Positions 49,814 through 59,974 of a DNA stretch of 64,000 bases are shown here, one piece after another. The notes below the pieces were generated by a model that was not told the origin of the DNA, ran no database searches, and worked only from the letters and a program-made list of their open reading frames with translations. Origin of the DNA: an uncultured delta proteobacterium (GTDB lineage Bacteria; Desulfobacterota; Desulfuromonadia; Geobacterales; DSM-12255); NCBI GenBank assembly GCA_963787125.1, contig CAWBBV010000004.1:1-64000 (forward strand). The letters run 5' to 3'. A program made the translations under genes and the position numbers. Each line of letters begins with the position of its first letter. The first letter of the stretch is position 1.

Positions 49814-50004
49814 CAACTGCGCCCCTGTTTAAAGAAATAACCCCTTTATAAATTGGGGTGGCATGAAAATGATTACTCAGGCAAAAAAATGATCTCAAAT
49901 TTGAGCAGGTGAAGGGACAATCCAACCGCCCCCCCCAAGGACCGATAAGTGTAAAAAGGAAGGTGGGATTGATCACTCCATTTACCACATGTCGGTTCGG
50001 CCAT

Positions 50005-50958
50005 TTAGATCCCTTCAAACAGGGCGGTAGAAAGATACCGTTCAGCACCGTCCGGAAGGATAACAACTATGGTTTTGCCGGCAAACTCATCAAGATGGGC
50101 CAACCGCACTGCCGCAGCTACTGCTGCACCGCAGGAGATGCCGACCAGGAGGCCCTCTTCCTGGGCAAGCCTTTTGGCAAACTCAATCGCTTCATCACTT
50201 GAGACCTGCTCCACTCTATCAATAATGGCAAGATCGAGAGTTTCGGGGATAAAGCCAGCTCCTATCCCCTGAATTTTGTGCGGGCCCGGCTTGAGCGGCT
50301 CCCCGGCAAGTTGCTGGGTTATGACGGGACTCTCCTTCGGTTCAACTGCAACTGAAAGGATCTGCTTCCCCTTGGTGTTCTTTATGTAGCGGGATATACC
50401 GGTTATGGTACCTCCAGTGCCGACACCGGACACCAGGACGTCAATAGCACCGTCCGTATCGTTCCAGATCTCCGGTCCGGTGGTCTTCTCATGAATGGCA
50501 GGATTTGCCGGGTTTTTGAACTGCTGCGGGAGGAACCAGCGCACCGGATCGGAGGCGGCAATCTCTTCGGCCTTGGTTATGGCCCCTTTCATCCCTTCTG
50601 CTCCGGGGGTCAGGATGAGGTTGGCTCCAAGCGCAGCAAGAACCCGTCTACGCTCGATGCTCATGGTTTCCGGCATCGTCAGGGTGAGTTTGTAACCACG
50701 GGCGGCAGCAACATATGCCAGGGCAATGCCGGTATTGCCGCTGGTCGGCTCGATTATCTCCACTCCGGGCTTAAGGATGCCGCGTTCCTCAGCATCCCAG
50801 ATCATGTTGGCGCCGATGCGGCATTTGACAGAGTAGGCCGGGTTGCGGGCTTCAACCTTGGCCAGAATGGTTGCTTTTGCCCCTGCGGCAATCCGGTTAA
50901 GGCGCACCAGCGGAGTGTTGCCGATTGATTGTGAGTTGTCTGCGTAAATTCTGCTCAT
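50005..50958 (-). CDS. cysK: cysteine synthase A
   Basis: [32 protein letters not shown]. Confidence 0.96.
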   Translation of the reverse strand: MSRIYADNSQSIGNTPLVRLNRIAAGAKATILAKVEARNPAYSVKCRIGANMIWDAEERGILKPGVEIIEPTSGNTGIALAYVAAARGYKLTLTMPETMSIERRRVLAALGANLILTPGAEGMKGAITKAEEIAASDPVRWFLPQQFKNPANPAIHEKTTGPEIWNDTDGAIDVLVSGVGTGGTITGISRYIKNTKGKQILSVAVEPKESPVITQQLAGEPLKPGPHKIQGIGAGFIPETLDLAIIDRVEQVSSDEAIEFAKRLAQEEGLLVGISCGAAVAAAVRLAHLDEFAGKTIVVILPDGAERYLSTALFEGI

Positions 50959-51118
50959 GGTCTTCTCCTTTTAGTCAGTTGGGAAATATTATAGCTGACA
51001 AAACGTGAAATTCAAATACCCTACAAAACCTATAGTGTAATTTGATAATAACCAATTCAGAGACTTGCTGTCAAGATAAATTTTGAGCAGTTGGCGGTTC
51101 CTTCGCCTGAATTACCAC

Positions 51119-51147
51119 TTGATTTCTAAATTGCAGCCAGTTAGAAT
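51119..51147 (+). promoter_or_regulatory. sigma-70-type promoter of the ncRNA
   Basis: TTGATT-N17-TAGAAT. Confidence 0.65.
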
Positions 51148-51165
51148 CAGCTTAACAAAGACTTG

Positions 51166-51340
51166 CTCTCTGTCATGATCGTGTGACAACAAAAACCCTG
51201 GCGGAATATTTCATTACCGGGGGTCTTTTTCAGCCGTGGTGAGCTGCCCCATTATGCGGGAACTGCCTGAAGCGGCTTCTAGACGCCCACCTGATAGGAA
51301 CTCGCCCAGAGGTCCTTCGCGTCCACGGCATGATGGAGAG
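51166..51340 (+). ncRNA. ssrS: probable 6S RNA
   Basis: ~175 nt with no ORF; 5' CTCTCTGTCATGATCGTG pairs with 3' CACGGCATGATGGAGAG; internal GCCTGAAGCGGC...CGCCCACCT; own promoter and terminator. Confidence 0.7.
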
Positions 51341-51350
51341 TTTTACAGAG

Positions 51351-51378
51351 AAGGGCTGACAATGTCAGCCCTTTTTTT
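51351..51378 (+). terminator. intrinsic terminator
   Basis: AAGGGCTGAC-AAT-GTCAGCCC followed by T7. Confidence 0.88.
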
Positions 51379-51485
51379 ATTGGTTTAAAAAATCACGCCA
51401 AACCCCTCTCCAGCATTGATTATTTTCAATTTTTTGCTATAGTTATTAACTTTTCAACCATATTTCGACTAACGGGACAGCTTAT

Positions 51486-52364
51486 ATGCAGGCAGTTATC
51501 GACAAAGCAAACACCCTGATGGAAGCGCTTCCTTACATCAGGCGCTTTTCCGGCAAGACTATCGTCATCAAGTACGGCGGCCACGCTATGGCTGACGAAG
51601 CGCTGAAAGAGTCCTTCGCCCTGGATGTGATCCTGCTCCGTTCACTGGGAATCAACGTGGTTGTTGTGCATGGCGGCGGCCCGCAGATCAACGAAACCCT
51701 CAAGCGCTACGGCATTGTTTCCGAGTTTGTCCGCGGCATGCGGGTTACCGACGCCGAGACGATGGCGGTTGTGGAGATGGTGCTGACCGGCCAGGTCAAC
51801 AAGGAGGTCGTCGGCTACCTGAATCAGCATGGCGGCCGGGCGGTCGGCCTTTCCGGCAAAGATGGCAATCTGCTCCTCTGCGAGAAGATGCTCCAGGAGA
51901 TAAAAAACGAAGATGGCAGCGTCGAGATGGTCGATATCGGCTTTGTCGGCAATGTGGTCAAGGTCAACCAGGAGATTCTCCAGACTCTTGAGCAGGGCAA
52001 GTTCCTGCCGGTCATTGCCCCGGTCGGGGTCGGCGCAGGGGGAGAGAGTTACAATGTCAACGCCGATCTGGTGGCCGGGCGCATCGCCGGCGCCTTGAAG
52101 GCGGAGAAACTGATGCTCCTGACCGATGTCTCAGGGGTCAAGGACAAGGACGGCAAGCTCATCAGCAGTATCTCTCTGGCGGAGATACCGACTCTGATTA
52201 ATAACGGCACCATTTCCGGCGGCATGATCCCGAAGCTTGAGTGCTGCGTGGACGCCCTCAATGAAGGGGCTAAGAAAGCCCATATCGTCGACGGCAGGGT
52301 CAAACATGCTGTCCTTTTGGAGATATTTACCGACATCGGCGTCGGCACGGAGATAACCCAATGA
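51486..52364 (+). CDS. argB: acetylglutamate kinase
   Basis: [31 protein letters not shown]. Confidence 0.96.
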   Translation: MQAVIDKANTLMEALPYIRRFSGKTIVIKYGGHAMADEALKESFALDVILLRSLGINVVVVHGGGPQINETLKRYGIVSEFVRGMRVTDAETMAVVEMVLTGQVNKEVVGYLNQHGGRAVGLSGKDGNLLLCEKMLQEIKNEDGSVEMVDIGFVGNVVKVNQEILQTLEQGKFLPVIAPVGVGAGGESYNVNADLVAGRIAGALKAEKLMLLTDVSGVKDKDGKLISSISLAEIPTLINNGTISGGMIPKLECCVDALNEGAKKAHIVDGRVKHAVLLEIFTDIGVGTEITQ

Positions 52365-53563
52365 ATTCTGTAAAGTGGATTGAGAAATCAGACAAATACA
52401 TCATGAAGACCTATGGCAGGTACCCGATCGTCCCGGTAAGGGGAGAGGGGTGTCAACTCTGGGATGCCGACGGCAAGCGTTATCTCGACTTCCTCGCCGG
52501 AGTGGCGGTCAACAACCTCGGGCACTGTCATCCAAAAGTTGTCAAGGCCATCCAGGAGCAGGCAGCAACCCTGATTCACTGCTCAAATTATTACCAGATT
52601 CCCCAGCAGATCGAGCTGGCGGAGCTGCTTTGCAGCCACTCCTTTGCCGACCAGGCTTTTTTCTGCAACTCCGGGGCGGAAGCAAACGAAGCGGCCATCA
52701 AACTGGCGCGAAAGTACAGCCGTGACATCAGCGGCAGGCCGGAGCGCTACGCTATCATCACGGCAGCCGATTCTTTCCATGGGCGGACCATGGCAACGGT
52801 TTCCGCCACTGGTCAGGAGAAAGTACAGCGGTTTTTCGATCCGCTCCTCCACGGCTTCTCCCATGTGCCGTTCAATGATATCGAGGCCATGACGGCGGCA
52901 GTCACAGAAGACACCTGCGCGGTCATGCTGGAGCCGATTCAGGGGGAAGGGGGAGTCAATATTCCTGATCCGGATTATTTGCAGAAAGTGCGTGAGCTCT
53001 GTGACCACCACAGGCTGCTGCTGATTCTTGATGAAGTTCAGGTAGGAATGGGGCGGACCGGCAAACTGTTCGCCCATGAGCATTTCGGCATCACCCCGGA
53101 CATCATGACCCTGGCGAAGGCTCTTGCAGGGGGAGCGCCGATCGGCACTATGCTGGCAAAAGAAGAGATCGCACGGGCCTTTGTTCCCGGCACCCACGGC
53201 TCCACCTTCGGCGGCAATCCGCTGGTCTGCGCCGCCGCCCTGGCAACCGTGCGGACCATGCTGGCGGATGGCATTCTCAATCATGCCGAAGAGATGGGTG
53301 AATACCTGCAGGGAGAGCTTGAAGCTCTGCATGTCCGGTTTCCGGCATTGATAGAAAATGTCCGCGGCATCGGCCTGATGATCGGCATGGGGCTGACGAT
53401 CCCGGGGGGAGATATCGTCAAGGCGGGGCATGAACGGGGGCTGCTCCTCAATGTGACCCACGACACCGTGCTGCGCTTTGTGCCGCCTTTGACAGTCAGC
53501 AAAGCTGAAGTTGACGAAATGATTGCCATACTTGGCGGGATTCTGGCGGAGGTTAATGAATGA
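52361..53563 (+). CDS. argD: acetylornithine aminotransferase
   Basis: [39 protein letters not shown]. Confidence 0.95.
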   Translation: MNSVKWIEKSDKYIMKTYGRYPIVPVRGEGCQLWDADGKRYLDFLAGVAVNNLGHCHPKVVKAIQEQAATLIHCSNYYQIPQQIELAELLCSHSFADQAFFCNSGAEANEAAIKLARKYSRDISGRPERYAIITAADSFHGRTMATVSATGQEKVQRFFDPLLHGFSHVPFNDIEAMTAAVTEDTCAVMLEPIQGEGGVNIPDPDYLQKVRELCDHHRLLLILDEVQVGMGRTGKLFAHEHFGITPDIMTLAKALAGGAPIGTMLAKEEIARAFVPGTHGSTFGGNPLVCAAALATVRTMLADGILNHAEEMGEYLQGELEALHVRFPALIENVRGIGLMIGMGLTIPGGDIVKAGHERGLLLNVTHDTVLRFVPPLTVSKAEVDEMIAILGGILAEVNE

Positions 53564-54474
53564 AACGTGATTTTCTGGCACTGAGCCAATTCAGCAAAGA
53601 TGAACTTGATACCATGCTTGCCCTGACAAAGGAGCTGAAAGCGAAACAGAAGAGCGGCGAACAGCACCAGCTCCTCAAAGGTAAAAGCGTTGCCCTGATC
53701 TTCGAGAAATCGTCGACCCGCACCCGGATCTCCTTTGAAGTCGGCGTCCACCAGCTTGGCGGTCAGCCGCTCTTCATCTCTTCAGCCACTTCCCAGATGG
53801 GTCGCGGCGAGCCGATCAAGGACAGCGCCCGGACAATTGCCCGCTACTGCGACGGCGTCATGATTCGGACCTATGGCCAGGAGATCGTGGAAGAATTCGC
53901 CGCCTATTCAACCGCGCCGGTCATCAACGGTCTGACCGACAAGTTCCACCCCTGCCAGATCATGGCCGACATCTTTACCGTCATGGAGCATAAAGGTGGT
54001 TACGCCGGGCTGAAATACGCCTGGGTGGGGGATGGCAACAACATGGCCAACACCTGGATCGAAGCGGCCGCCATTTTCGGTTTTGAACTGCGCCTGGCCT
54101 GCCCCAAAGGGTATGAACCGGACGCCGGAGTACTGGCCTGGGCGAAGGAGAAAGGGGCGCAGCTGCTCCTGACGACCGATCCACGCGAGGCGGTAGCCGG
54201 AGCGGACGTGGTCAACACCGATGTCTGGGCCAGCATGGGACAGGAGGCAGAGCAGAAAGAGCGGGAAAAGGCCTTTGTCGGCTACTGCCTTGATGATGCC
54301 CTCCTCAGCCTGGCAAAACCGGACTGCCTGGTGCTCCACTGCCTCCCTGCCCACCGCGGCGAGGAGATCACCGACTCGGTCATTGAAGGAAAACATTCCG
54401 TCGTCTGGGATGAAGCGGAGAACCGGCTGCATATTCAAAAAGCAATTATGGCAACGCTACTGGGTGGGGCATAA
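53560..54474 (+). CDS. argF: ornithine carbamoyltransferase
   Basis: SSTRTR, HPCQ, WASMG, HCLP. Confidence 0.96.
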   Translation: MKRDFLALSQFSKDELDTMLALTKELKAKQKSGEQHQLLKGKSVALIFEKSSTRTRISFEVGVHQLGGQPLFISSATSQMGRGEPIKDSARTIARYCDGVMIRTYGQEIVEEFAAYSTAPVINGLTDKFHPCQIMADIFTVMEHKGGYAGLKYAWVGDGNNMANTWIEAAAIFGFELRLACPKGYEPDAGVLAWAKEKGAQLLLTTDPREAVAGADVVNTDVWASMGQEAEQKEREKAFVGYCLDDALLSLAKPDCLVLHCLPAHRGEEITDSVIEGKHSVVWDEAENRLHIQKAIMATLLGGA

Positions 54475-54484
54475 AGGACAACGA

Positions 54485-54802
54485 ATGATTCATCTTGACG
54501 CAATCCAAAATATTGCCGAACAGATAGCCGAAGCTTTCCATCCGCAGAAAATAGTTCTTTTCGGCTCTTATGCCTATGGCGCTCCGACTGAAAATTCCGA
54601 TGTTGACCTGCTGGTAATTTTGCCTTTTGAAGGTAAGGGTGCACAGAAATCAGTAGAAATTATGCGCGCCGTAAAACCTTTGATACCTGTCGATCTGCTT
54701 GTAAGAACGATGGAACAGGTGTCTGAGCGGATAAGGATGAACGATTTTTTTCTGCGCGAAGTTATGGCAAAAGGGAAAGTTCTTTATGAAGCCGCTCACT
54801 AG
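54485..54802 (+). CDS. minimal nucleotidyltransferase (MNT) antitoxin-like protein
   Basis: LFGSYAYG.....SDVDLLV (GSx10DxD). Confidence 0.88.
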   Translation: MIHLDAIQNIAEQIAEAFHPQKIVLFGSYAYGAPTENSDVDLLVILPFEGKGAQKSVEIMRAVKPLIPVDLLVRTMEQVSERIRMNDFFLREVMAKGKVLYEAAH

Positions 54803-55163
54803 AGAGTGGCTGGAAAAAGCTGAAGGTGATCTGGCAACGGCTCAGCGTGAGTGCCGCGCCAGAAAGCTGCCAAACTATGATGCGGTCTGTTTTCATGCCC
54901 AACAGTGCGCAGAAAAGTATCTGAAAGCTTTTTTGCAGGAGCATGACACAGAGTTCGGCAAAACTCACAATCTCTCCATACTGCTGGATAAAGTCATCGT
55001 TATTGCTCCCATGCTGGAGATTTTACGAGGCTCCTTGCAAGTGTTGAATATTTATGCGGTGGATTATCGGTATCCCGGCGAGTCAGCGGATAAGAACATG
55101 GCAAAAGCAGCATTAAAGCTCTGCCTGAGCGCGCGTAAAATGTTTATTGAACTGATAGAGTGA
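54786..55163 (+). CDS. HEPN domain protein
   Basis: WLEKAEGDL, CFHAQQCAEKYLKA, KTHNL, RYPG. Confidence 0.9.
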   Translation: MKPLTREWLEKAEGDLATAQRECRARKLPNYDAVCFHAQQCAEKYLKAFLQEHDTEFGKTHNLSILLDKVIVIAPMLEILRGSLQVLNIYAVDYRYPGESADKNMAKAALKLCLSARKMFIELIE

Positions 55164-55216
55164 GTAATCTCAATAAGTTGTTAACAGCCTGAACAAATCT
55201 TAAAGGAGACACTAAA

Positions 55217-56437
55217 ATGGCAAAAAAACCGGAAGTCAAAAAAATAGTCCTGGCCTACTCGGGCGGGCTTGACACCTCCATCATCCTCAAGTGGCTGAAG
55301 AACGAGTACGGCTGCGAGGTCATCACCTTTTCCGCCGACCTTGGCCAGGGGGACGAGCTTGATCCGGTGCGGGAGAAGGCTATTGCCACCGGCGCCGACA
55401 AGGTCTACATCGACGACCTGAAAGAAGAGTTCGTCCGTGACTTCGTCTACCCGATGTTTCGCGCCAACGCCGTCTACGAAGGCCATTACCTGCTCGGCAC
55501 CTCCATCGCCAGGCCGCTGATCGCCAAGCGGCAGATGGAGATTGCCAGGATTGAAGGGGCTGATGCCGTTTCCCACGGCGCTACCGGCAAGGGGAACGAT
55601 CAGGTTCGCTTCGAGCTCGGGTACTATCACTTTGATCCAGCCATCACCGTAGTTGCCCCATGGCGAGAGTGGAAACTGAACAGCCGCCAGGCACTGATTG
55701 CTTACGCCAAGAAAAACGATATCCCGATTCCGATCACCAAGAAGCGCCCCTGGTCTTCCGATCGCAATCTGCTCCACATCTCCTTTGAAGGGGGAATTCT
55801 GGAGGATACCTGGGCTGAAGCGCCGGAAGAGATGTACGTGCTGACCCAGAAACCGGAAAAAGCGCCCAACAAGCCGCAGTATGTTGAAGTTGAGTTCAAA
55901 CATGGCAATGCAGTGGCAGTGGATGGCGTCGAGATGACTCCGGCCCAGCTGCTTGCTCATCTCAACTACATCGGCGGCGAGCACGGCGTCGGCCGGGTCG
56001 ACCTGCTGGAAAACCGCTCTGTCGGTATGAAGTCCCGCGGCGTCTACGAGACTCCCGGCGGCACCATCCTCCGTGAAGCCCACATGGCTGTGGAGCAGAT
56101 TACCATGGATCGCGAAGTCATGAGGATCCGTGACTCCCTCATCCCTGAATACGCCAAACAGATCTACGCCGGTTACTGGTTTTCACCGGAGCGGGAAATG
56201 CTCCAGACGCTGATCGACGAATCGCAGAAATGCGTCAACGGCGTCGCCCGGGTCAAGCTCTACAAAGGGCACTGCCGCACCGTCGGCCGCAAATCGGAAA
56301 CCGACTCACTCTTCAACCTCGACTTTGCGACCTTTGAAAAGGACAAGGTTTACAATCAGGCTGATGCCGAAGGGTTCATCAAGATCAACTCGCTCCGCCT
56401 GCGGATCAGATCGCTGATGAAGGCAAAAAGGAAGTGA
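55217..56437 (+). CDS. argG: argininosuccinate synthase
   Basis: [32 protein letters not shown]. Confidence 0.97.
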   Translation: MAKKPEVKKIVLAYSGGLDTSIILKWLKNEYGCEVITFSADLGQGDELDPVREKAIATGADKVYIDDLKEEFVRDFVYPMFRANAVYEGHYLLGTSIARPLIAKRQMEIARIEGADAVSHGATGKGNDQVRFELGYYHFDPAITVVAPWREWKLNSRQALIAYAKKNDIPIPITKKRPWSSDRNLLHISFEGGILEDTWAEAPEEMYVLTQKPEKAPNKPQYVEVEFKHGNAVAVDGVEMTPAQLLAHLNYIGGEHGVGRVDLLENRSVGMKSRGVYETPGGTILREAHMAVEQITMDREVMRIRDSLIPEYAKQIYAGYWFSPEREMLQTLIDESQKCVNGVARVKLYKGHCRTVGRKSETDSLFNLDFATFEKDKVYNQADAEGFIKINSLRLRIRSLMKAKRK

Positions 56438-56459
56438 CAATGGCTTCAGCGCTGAGAGA

Positions 56460-57518
56460 ATGCCGATGAAATCGATCCTTGTCACCGGATCCTCAGGGCT
56501 GATCGGCTCGGAAGTTGTGACGTACTTCCACAAACTCGGCTTCGAAATTCACGGCATTGACAATAACCAGCGGGAGCTTTTCTTTGGCCCCCAGGGGAGC
56601 ACCCGCTGGAGCCAGGCCCGGCTTGTAGAATCACTGCATAACTTTCACCACCATGAACTGGATATCAGAGATCGTCACGGGGTGCTGGACCTAGTCCGCA
56701 CCCTCAGACCTGCTGCAATCATCCATGCTGCCGCTCAGCCCTCACATGATTTGGCCGCCACCATCCCCTTTGACGACTTCGACACCAATGCCGTCGGCAC
56801 GTTGAACCTTCTTGAAGCCGCCAGGCAAGCCTGCCCGGAAGCGCCGTTCATCCATATGTCCACCAACAAGGTTTATGGTGACCGCCCCAACAACATCCCG
56901 TTGAAGGAGCTGGAAGCCCGCTGGGAGTATGATGACCCTGCCTTTGTTAATGGTATCCCCGAATCTTTTTCCATCGATCAATCCAAGCACTCGCTGCTGG
57001 GAGCGTCCAAGCTGGCCGCCGATGTCATGGTGCAGGAATACGGCCGCTACTTCGGCATGCCGACCTGCTGCCTGCGGGGCGGCTGCCTTACCGGCCCCAA
57101 TCACTCCGGAGTAGAGCTGCACGGCTTTCTCAGTTATCTGGTGAAGTGTAATCTCGAAGAGCGCCCTTACACGGTGTTCGGTTACAAAGGGAAACAGGTA
57201 CGTGACAATATCCACTCCGAGGATGTTGCCAGATTTATCCATGCCTTCTTTGAAAACCCCCGCAGTGGCGAAGTTTATAACCTTGGCGGCGGGAAAGATA
57301 ACGCCTGCTCGGTTCTGGAAGCTTTTGACCTGGCAGAAGAGTTCAGCGGCAAAAAGCAGTTTTACTCTTATCGGGACGAAAACAGGGTCGGTGACCATAT
57401 CTGCTACTATAGCGATCTGAAAAAAATAAAAGAGCATTACCCCGATTGGAGCATCACCCGATCGCTGCGGCAGATCATTACCGAGATAGCCTGCTCCTGG
57501 CGGGAGAGACTCCCTTGA
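56460..57518 (+). CDS. NAD-dependent epimerase/dehydratase (CDP-tyvelose epimerase-like), catalytic Tyr replaced
   Basis: [29 protein letters not shown]. Confidence 0.88.
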   Translation: MPMKSILVTGSSGLIGSEVVTYFHKLGFEIHGIDNNQRELFFGPQGSTRWSQARLVESLHNFHHHELDIRDRHGVLDLVRTLRPAAIIHAAAQPSHDLAATIPFDDFDTNAVGTLNLLEAARQACPEAPFIHMSTNKVYGDRPNNIPLKELEARWEYDDPAFVNGIPESFSIDQSKHSLLGASKLAADVMVQEYGRYFGMPTCCLRGGCLTGPNHSGVELHGFLSYLVKCNLEERPYTVFGYKGKQVRDNIHSEDVARFIHAFFENPRSGEVYNLGGGKDNACSVLEAFDLAEEFSGKKQFYSYRDENRVGDHICYYSDLKKIKEHYPDWSITRSLRQIITEIACSWRERLP

Positions 57519-58585
57519 AACTCCTCATAACAGGCATCTGCGGTTTTGTCGGCAGCACCCTGGCAAAAAGCTGGCTTGAGGCCGTGCCGGGATTAACCAT
57601 CTGCGGCATCGACAATCTCGCCCGCCCCGGCAGCGAGTTGAATCGGCGCCAACTCCAAAATCTCGGCATAAAAATCTTTCATGGCGATATCAGAATCCAG
57701 TCTGACGTTGACAATCTCCCGCCGGTTGACTGGGTGCTTGACGCGGCTGCCAACCCGAGCGTGCTGGCGGGGGTTGACGGCGAAACGAGCAGTCGCCAGC
57801 TTATAGAGCATAATCTGCTCGGGACCATCAACCTGCTGGAATACTGCAAGCGGCACAGCGCCGGCTTCATTCTGCTCAGTACCAGCCGGGTCTACTCTAT
57901 CAAACCTTTGACCGAACTCCTGGTTGAATCGTGCGGAAAGTCATATCGCCTCAAAGCCGACCAACAGCTGCCGGCAGGACTTACCGCTGCCGGAGTCAGC
58001 GAAACCTTCACTACCACGCCGCCAATCTCTCTTTACGGCAGCACCAAGCTTGCCTCGGAACTGCTGGCGCTTGAATATGGCGAGACTTTCGGCTTCCCGG
58101 TCTGGATCAACCGCTGTGGTGTGCTGGCCGGCGCCGGCCAGTTCGGCCGCCCGGATCAGGGAATTTTCGCTTACTGGATCAACGCCTGGTTGCGAAAACA
58201 GCCACTCAAGTACATCGGCTTTGGCGGCAACGGTTTCCAGGTGCGTGACTGCCTCCATCCGCAAGACCTCATCCCCTTGCTCCGGCAACAGACCTCCCGA
58301 GTCCCGTCAGCAACCAATCGTTTGCTTAATCTTGGCGGCGGCACGGCAAATTCAAGCTCACTGGCAGAGCTGAGTGACTGGTGTTGTGAGCGCTTTGGTG
58401 ATAATGAAATCAGCAGCAGCCCGGAAATCCGCAGATTCGATATCCCCTGGCTGCTCATGGACTCATCTCTTGCTGAAAAAACCTGGGGCTGGCGACCGCA
58501 AACCTCACTGTACGAAATCTTCGCCGAAATTGCGCTGCATGCTGAAGCGCATCCTGAGTGGCTTGAAATATCAGGGGCCTTATGA
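57515..58585 (+). CDS. NAD-dependent epimerase/dehydratase
   Basis: [27 protein letters not shown] start overlaps the upstream TGA. Confidence 0.88.
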   Translation: MKLLITGICGFVGSTLAKSWLEAVPGLTICGIDNLARPGSELNRRQLQNLGIKIFHGDIRIQSDVDNLPPVDWVLDAAANPSVLAGVDGETSSRQLIEHNLLGTINLLEYCKRHSAGFILLSTSRVYSIKPLTELLVESCGKSYRLKADQQLPAGLTAAGVSETFTTTPPISLYGSTKLASELLALEYGETFGFPVWINRCGVLAGAGQFGRPDQGIFAYWINAWLRKQPLKYIGFGGNGFQVRDCLHPQDLIPLLRQQTSRVPSATNRLLNLGGGTANSSSLAELSDWCCERFGDNEISSSPEIRRFDIPWLLMDSSLAEKTWGWRPQTSLYEIFAEIALHAEAHPEWLEISGAL

Positions 58586-59346
58586 GTCCGGAACCGGAAG
58601 TCAAATTGCCATTGCAGCGGCTCTCCATTGTCATTCCGGCTCGGGATGAAGAGGGCTGCATTGTCTCAACAATCGAACATCTGCATCTCGAACTGAATCT
58701 ACAGAATGTCCCCCATGAGATCATCGTCGTTGACGACGGCAGCAGCGATCGTACCTGGGAACTGCTTCTGGAACTGCAGCCGCGGCTGCCCGAGTTGAAA
58801 CCCTTCCAGAATTATGGTCTGCACGGCTTTGGCAGGGCGATCATCGCCGGCCTGGATCACATGCAGGGGGATGCTGTTGTCATTATGATGGCCGACGAAT
58901 CTGATGACTGTCGCGATGTCGTCCGTTACTGGCAGGAGCTGCAAAGCGGCTATGACTGCGTTTTCGGCAGTCGTTTCATCAAGGGTGGCGGCACCATCGA
59001 TTATCCGTACGTGAAAATGTTCTTCAACCGGCTGGCCAACGCTTTCCTGCAGTTTCTCTTCGGCATCAACCTTAACGACACCACCAACGCCTTCAAGGGG
59101 TATCGCAAAGAGGTCATTGACGGCTGCAGGCCGCTGATCGCCCCGCACTTCAACCTGACCGTTGAGCTGCCGCTCAAGGCGATTGTCCGTGGCTATTCCT
59201 GGAAAGTCATCCCCATAACCTGGAAGAACCGCCGCAGCGGCGTGGCCAAGCTGAAGATCAAGGAGATGGGGAGTCGCTATCTGTTCATCTGCCTGTATGT
59301 CTGGCTGGAGAAATATTTCTCCTGCGGTGATTATCGCAAGAAATGA
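58582..59346 (+). CDS. GT2 glycosyltransferase (DPM1-like)
   Basis: SIVIPARDEE, VDDGSSD, MADESD, GSRF. Confidence 0.9.
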   Translation: MSPEPEVKLPLQRLSIVIPARDEEGCIVSTIEHLHLELNLQNVPHEIIVVDDGSSDRTWELLLELQPRLPELKPFQNYGLHGFGRAIIAGLDHMQGDAVVIMMADESDDCRDVVRYWQELQSGYDCVFGSRFIKGGGTIDYPYVKMFFNRLANAFLQFLFGINLNDTTNAFKGYRKEVIDGCRPLIAPHFNLTVELPLKAIVRGYSWKVIPITWKNRRSGVAKLKIKEMGSRYLFICLYVWLEKYFSCGDYRKK

Positions 59347-59390
59347 ACTTCAAATAATTGCCAGCAACGCCCATCGACAAGGAGAACCCG

Positions 59391-59903
59391 ATGCCCCAGT
59401 CCGACAGTCTCAAACGGTACCGCGCTTACGAGATATTCTCCCAGGCAACCGGCCTGGAGATCAGGGAGGCGACAAAAAGCAGCGAAGAGAAGGGGATTGT
59501 CACCGAGCGCAGCGGCAGAATCCAGCTTCGCTTTTTCAAGCTTACCCCGAAAACCAGCCCGGAAGAGGTTACCCAGATCCGCTTCATCTGCGAGCCGGAC
59601 GAAGCCTTTGAGCTTGCCCTCAAGATCAGCCAGGTGGGGAGTTCAGCACTGGCCTGCAAGGAGAAGTTGAGTCCACACAAGTTTTCGACAACTGATCACG
59701 GAGAAACGGTCACGACTCTCAGCGTGGAGAAATGGGAGCGGAACGGCAAAAGCGGCTACGCCCTGACTGTCGGGCGCGGCAAGGATTTTATCAGCGTGCC
59801 GATGCCGCTTGCCAAATTCCTCTTTGCCGGAGAATTTTTACGGGGGCTCTCTGTTGAGCAGTGCTGGCTGGAGCGGATAGAGAAGAGGCCCAGCGGAAAG
59901 TAA
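59391..59903 (+). CDS. hypothetical protein, Whirly-like fold suspected
   Basis: AAGGAG RBS; 170 aa; two beta-rich-then-helix halves. Confidence 0.7.
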   Translation: MPQSDSLKRYRAYEIFSQATGLEIREATKSSEEKGIVTERSGRIQLRFFKLTPKTSPEEVTQIRFICEPDEAFELALKISQVGSSALACKEKLSPHKFSTTDHGETVTTLSVEKWERNGKSGYALTVGRGKDFISVPMPLAKFLFAGEFLRGLSVEQCWLERIEKRPSGK

Positions 59904-59974
59904 AGGGTTGCAGGATGCGTTGCCACTCGTTTATGCTTCACAGATTACCGAAATAAATCAACATACGGAGATTC

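Noticed and set aside
49820..50004. possible ThiS-like sulfur carrier or small ORF between cysK and larE
   Set aside because: The short ORF (MAEPTCGKW...) has no C-terminal GG or recognisable motif
11693..56083. long antisense ORFs (e.g. 11693..12643, 28682..29590, 52583..53581, 55181..56083)
   Set aside because: GC-rich codon shadows opposite well-supported genes
59397..59411. 15-nt match (CAGTCCGACAGTCTC) to the IS-like end at 5203-5217
   Set aside because: It lies inside a coding region in the same orientation without CTAG; a few 15-mer matches are expected by chance in 64 kb
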